Source of the DNA: Azolla caroliniana
Lineage: Eukaryota > Plantae > Polypodiophyta
Reading direction: 5' to 3'
Length of the DNA: 64,000 nucleotides
Assembly: GCA_043228905.1 (NCBI GenBank)
Contig: JBHGNT010000002.1
Span: forward strand, 15,500,001 to 15,564,000
The notes beneath the pieces are model-generated. The model made no database searches, had not been told where the DNA came from, and was given only the letters and a program-made list of their open reading frames with translations. The position numbers were made by a program, and so were the translations under genes. Within the stretch, counting starts at the first letter, position 1. Every line of letters begins with the position of its first letter. This document shows, in pieces, positions 60,900-64,000 of this stretch.

Positions 60900-63268
60900 A
60901 ATTTTGCATTGCAAGAAGTTCTATATGGCATTAAAAAGTTTTTTTTTTGTTGAAAAGCTTTCAAATGCCATAAAGAACTGTAGTGGCTTGCATCGATTGT
61001 TTTGTTGTATGTGCAACAGAACAGGGGCATGATCAGAGAACATTGTACCCGGACAAATAATGCATCTGCCTTTCCTATCCATGAGTCGAGGGTCCAAATA
61101 CCATCTGTCCAGCCTGGACATCGTCCTCCCATACACGCTTCCTCCTACTCTAGAGTATCGAAGAGATTTTTCTTTTTGCATTTGAAAGTTCTTTATGGCA
61201 TTAAAAAGAGATTCTAATGACCACTATATGGCATACTGCTGCATGTTGGATAATCGTGCCCAAGTCGATGAAATTGATAAAAGGATTATCAGAAATTTCT
61301 TATGGGGGGGCACGGAGGAAAAACAGGCTCGTGCAAAGGTTGCTTGGACCACGCTTATAAAAAGGAAAAGTGCAGGGTTGGTGGGATTGATAGATCCCGT
61401 GGTGCAAACGAAGGCCTTGCTAGACAAACTAGTGGTCAGGAGCCTACAACCTCCTGAGGCACCTTGGAAACTTCTATGGCAACGTAGATGGAAGATGTGG
61501 TTGCCGAGACAAGGTGGATGTTGGCCAAGCAGCCCATTTTGGGGCTTTGTGCCAGAAATGAGACCCAAATACTGGGGAAGTATGCAGAGTCTTTGTGCTA
61601 TTGGAATTATGAAAGCATGGCAAGAAATCAGAAAGGGGATCACATGTAGGTGGAGAAATGATGCATATGCATGGATTTACATGCCAATTGTGTGGAACCC
61701 ATCGATTAGAGATGTGGATGGGCTAATGATAGGACAAAAAGCCGGTTTCAAATGGGTTGAGTTAATCAATGCCCAATGGAATGCATTAGTGGAGTGGGAG
61801 AGGTTTTTGTCCAATGAGGTGGGCACTCAAAAGGCTAGAATATGGAGAATAAGCAGGGGTAAAGGCATGCTCAAGAGAATTACAAATGCCATTGCATGCT
61901 ACAGGAATACCTTGGAAGAGGAAGAAGTAACAACCTCTGAAATTGCGTGGACAGGACTTATAGATGCTGAAAACTGTTTAATTGGCATTAAGGGAATGAA
62001 AGTAGAATCAAATGAGGTATGCTACTATAAACTAGAGCACGGAATGGGAAGAGTTGAGCAACCAACCTTTCAAAGAGAAAGCCCGATTAGGCTGATCGCA
62101 AAAAATGGCAAGAATATGATTATTGACCCTAAGCCAAGGGAGATCACACCAGCGACAGTGTGTTGGCCTATAGAAGGGCATTTGGATCAGCTATCATGGG
62201 ACCCATCGATGTATTTTTGGAGAACTCAAGGACAAACTGATGGGGAAAAGTTGGTTCAATTTTTCAAGTATAACACGAAGATTGGGAGGCAAATTATTCT
62301 AGAACAAGTTTGTGGCAAAGAAATTTTGGATAAAGGAGGGCATTAGTGAAATGAGACTAGATAAATTTTGGAAAATGATATGGCATGACAGATATGACCG
62401 CAAGATAATGATGTGCTTATGGTTTATTGCAGATAGAGCCTTGCCGGTAGGGATGTGGGGTAAAGGCCCCAATGTAGACCTTAGATGTATTGCATGTGGA
62501 CATATAGAAAGCATTTCCCATTGTCTATGGGAATGTCGCGAGGCAGTGGCTGTATGGGGAAGGGCACTATGTTTGCTTTGCCATGCCTATAGTTCGTTCA
62601 CCCTCAACTGGGGACATGCTTGCTGGATTTGTCTTGAGGATGATGTGGCGAAATACGATAGCACATGCGATGCTCAGTACAGAGGGGAGAATGGCATTGT
62701 TCGGCTGATCACTGACAATAGGGTACCTACAGCTTGTGCACAGAATAAAAAACTTGGAGATCTTTGGACGTTGCTTGCCCCCATTACTATATGGTGTATA
62801 TGGACAACCAGGTGTACCAGGGTATTTTCAGCACACAAATGCCCTCCAGCTGAATCGGTTAAGCTTATCTGGCACACATTAATAACTACACTAAGAGCTC
62901 AATATGAGCGAATTGATGGTACTGATGATGCTGCAAAACTAATGAGGCTGAATTTTCGAAAGCGATGGTGTACTACACCGATGGCCGCAACAAATGGAAT
63001 GGATATACTATGGAAATATGAAGTACCAAGATGGTTGTTCCCCCCTCCCATTGGTTGAACGAGGGGCGTGAAAGACATGGCATGTGGGATAGTGAATGTA
63101 GGTGAAGTGTATGAAAGGATGGCTAGAGACATATGTGAAAGTGTAAGATAAATAAGCGAGATCTCTTATGTAGGATATGATAGTCTTGGCACGGCCTACT
63201 CGTGAAAGGGATCGAGTTTGTGTATATTTTAACTAATGGAGTATATTCTTTTTTGGAAAATAAATAAA
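60900..63268 (+). mobile_element. L1-like LINE with an inverted 5' piece and a missing RT core
   Basis: ~60985-61180 on the minus strand encodes the endonuclease end (SRLDRWY..SDHAPV). 61220-63058 on the plus strand encodes the post-RT region (RNFLWGG, GLID, CIAC..ESISHCLWEC, WKYEVPRWLFPP), followed by the family tail. Confidence 0.85.
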
Positions 63269-64000
63269 TTCTTCTTAAGTAAAAACGTGTTGCCTCACTA
63301 TTCAGTCACAAAATGCCAATATTAAGATGCGAAATTATAACATTCAAGAATATAGATTTCATATTATTATTATTTATAATTATGTGACACTGTACACAAT
63401 GGATGATCGACAAATTGCATCCATGCATGTACACCAAGTGGAACATAACATATATGCCAAATGGCGATTATGTGTGATCCCATGCATGTTATATAAGTGG
63501 AAGATCTGCTTAATGTTGAACCATTCCGGTTCAACGTCAATCTTCAACACCATTGATATCTTCGTCTTCGGGTAATACAAATTCTTGTCTTCTTGTTCTG
63601 TTATTTCCTTCTTGCTTTGTAATTATCTTCTTGTCTTCGAAATCAACATCGACTTCGAAGCTTTAGTCGAGACAATTTGAACCGGAAATATGCTAATTTT
63701 TTATCCACGTATCTAGCCGATTCTTCTATTAGAGCTTGACCTCCTAACAACAAATTTTGTCACATTGGAGCAAGAGAATCAAAACTTTGTAGCAAGTGAG
63801 TGTTCAAAAGGCACAACAACATGACAAATTCTCTAAACAAGTCCAAAAGCTTGAAGCAATTGTATTATCTCTTTGATGACAGGTCCTATGTGAAGAACCA
63901 TCCATCTCTTGCTCCTTTCGGATATTGAGTTTCTACATTAGTCTATCCCCGGTATATCTGTAAACAAGATGCCTCAATCTCATTAATGTATACCATTTTC

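Noticed and set aside
63400-64000. Possible decayed coding or TE sequence at the right edge
   Set aside because: No motif could be identified with confidence.

Overview
Eukaryotic nuclear DNA from a land plant, probably a non-seed plant such as a moss (inferred from the transposon families and gene style; unverified). It holds three host genes. An organelle-targeted DNA gyrase B on the minus strand has 15 exons that could be reconstructed, and its 3' part runs off the left edge. Head-to-head with it lies an intronless S1/OB-fold gene. A two-exon LRR-III-type receptor kinase follows at 47-49.5 kb. Most of the rest is transposon-derived: RTE-like and L1-like LINEs, pogo/mariner-, hAT- and Mutator-type non-autonomous elements, and a nest at 22-43 kb. 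In that nest an old Ty3/Gypsy element carries a solo Copia LTR, a decayed full-length Copia and a very young intact Gypsy (24558-34426). The most striking observation concerns the young Gypsy. It has no polypurine tract next to its 3' LTR; a tRNA-Arg 3'-end sequence ending in CCA sits there instead, so both internal ends carry tRNA-Arg primer-site-like motifs on opposite strands. This suggests possible dual tRNA priming. The element also carries an intact extra 910-aa ORF. All calls were made by eye, with no database searches.
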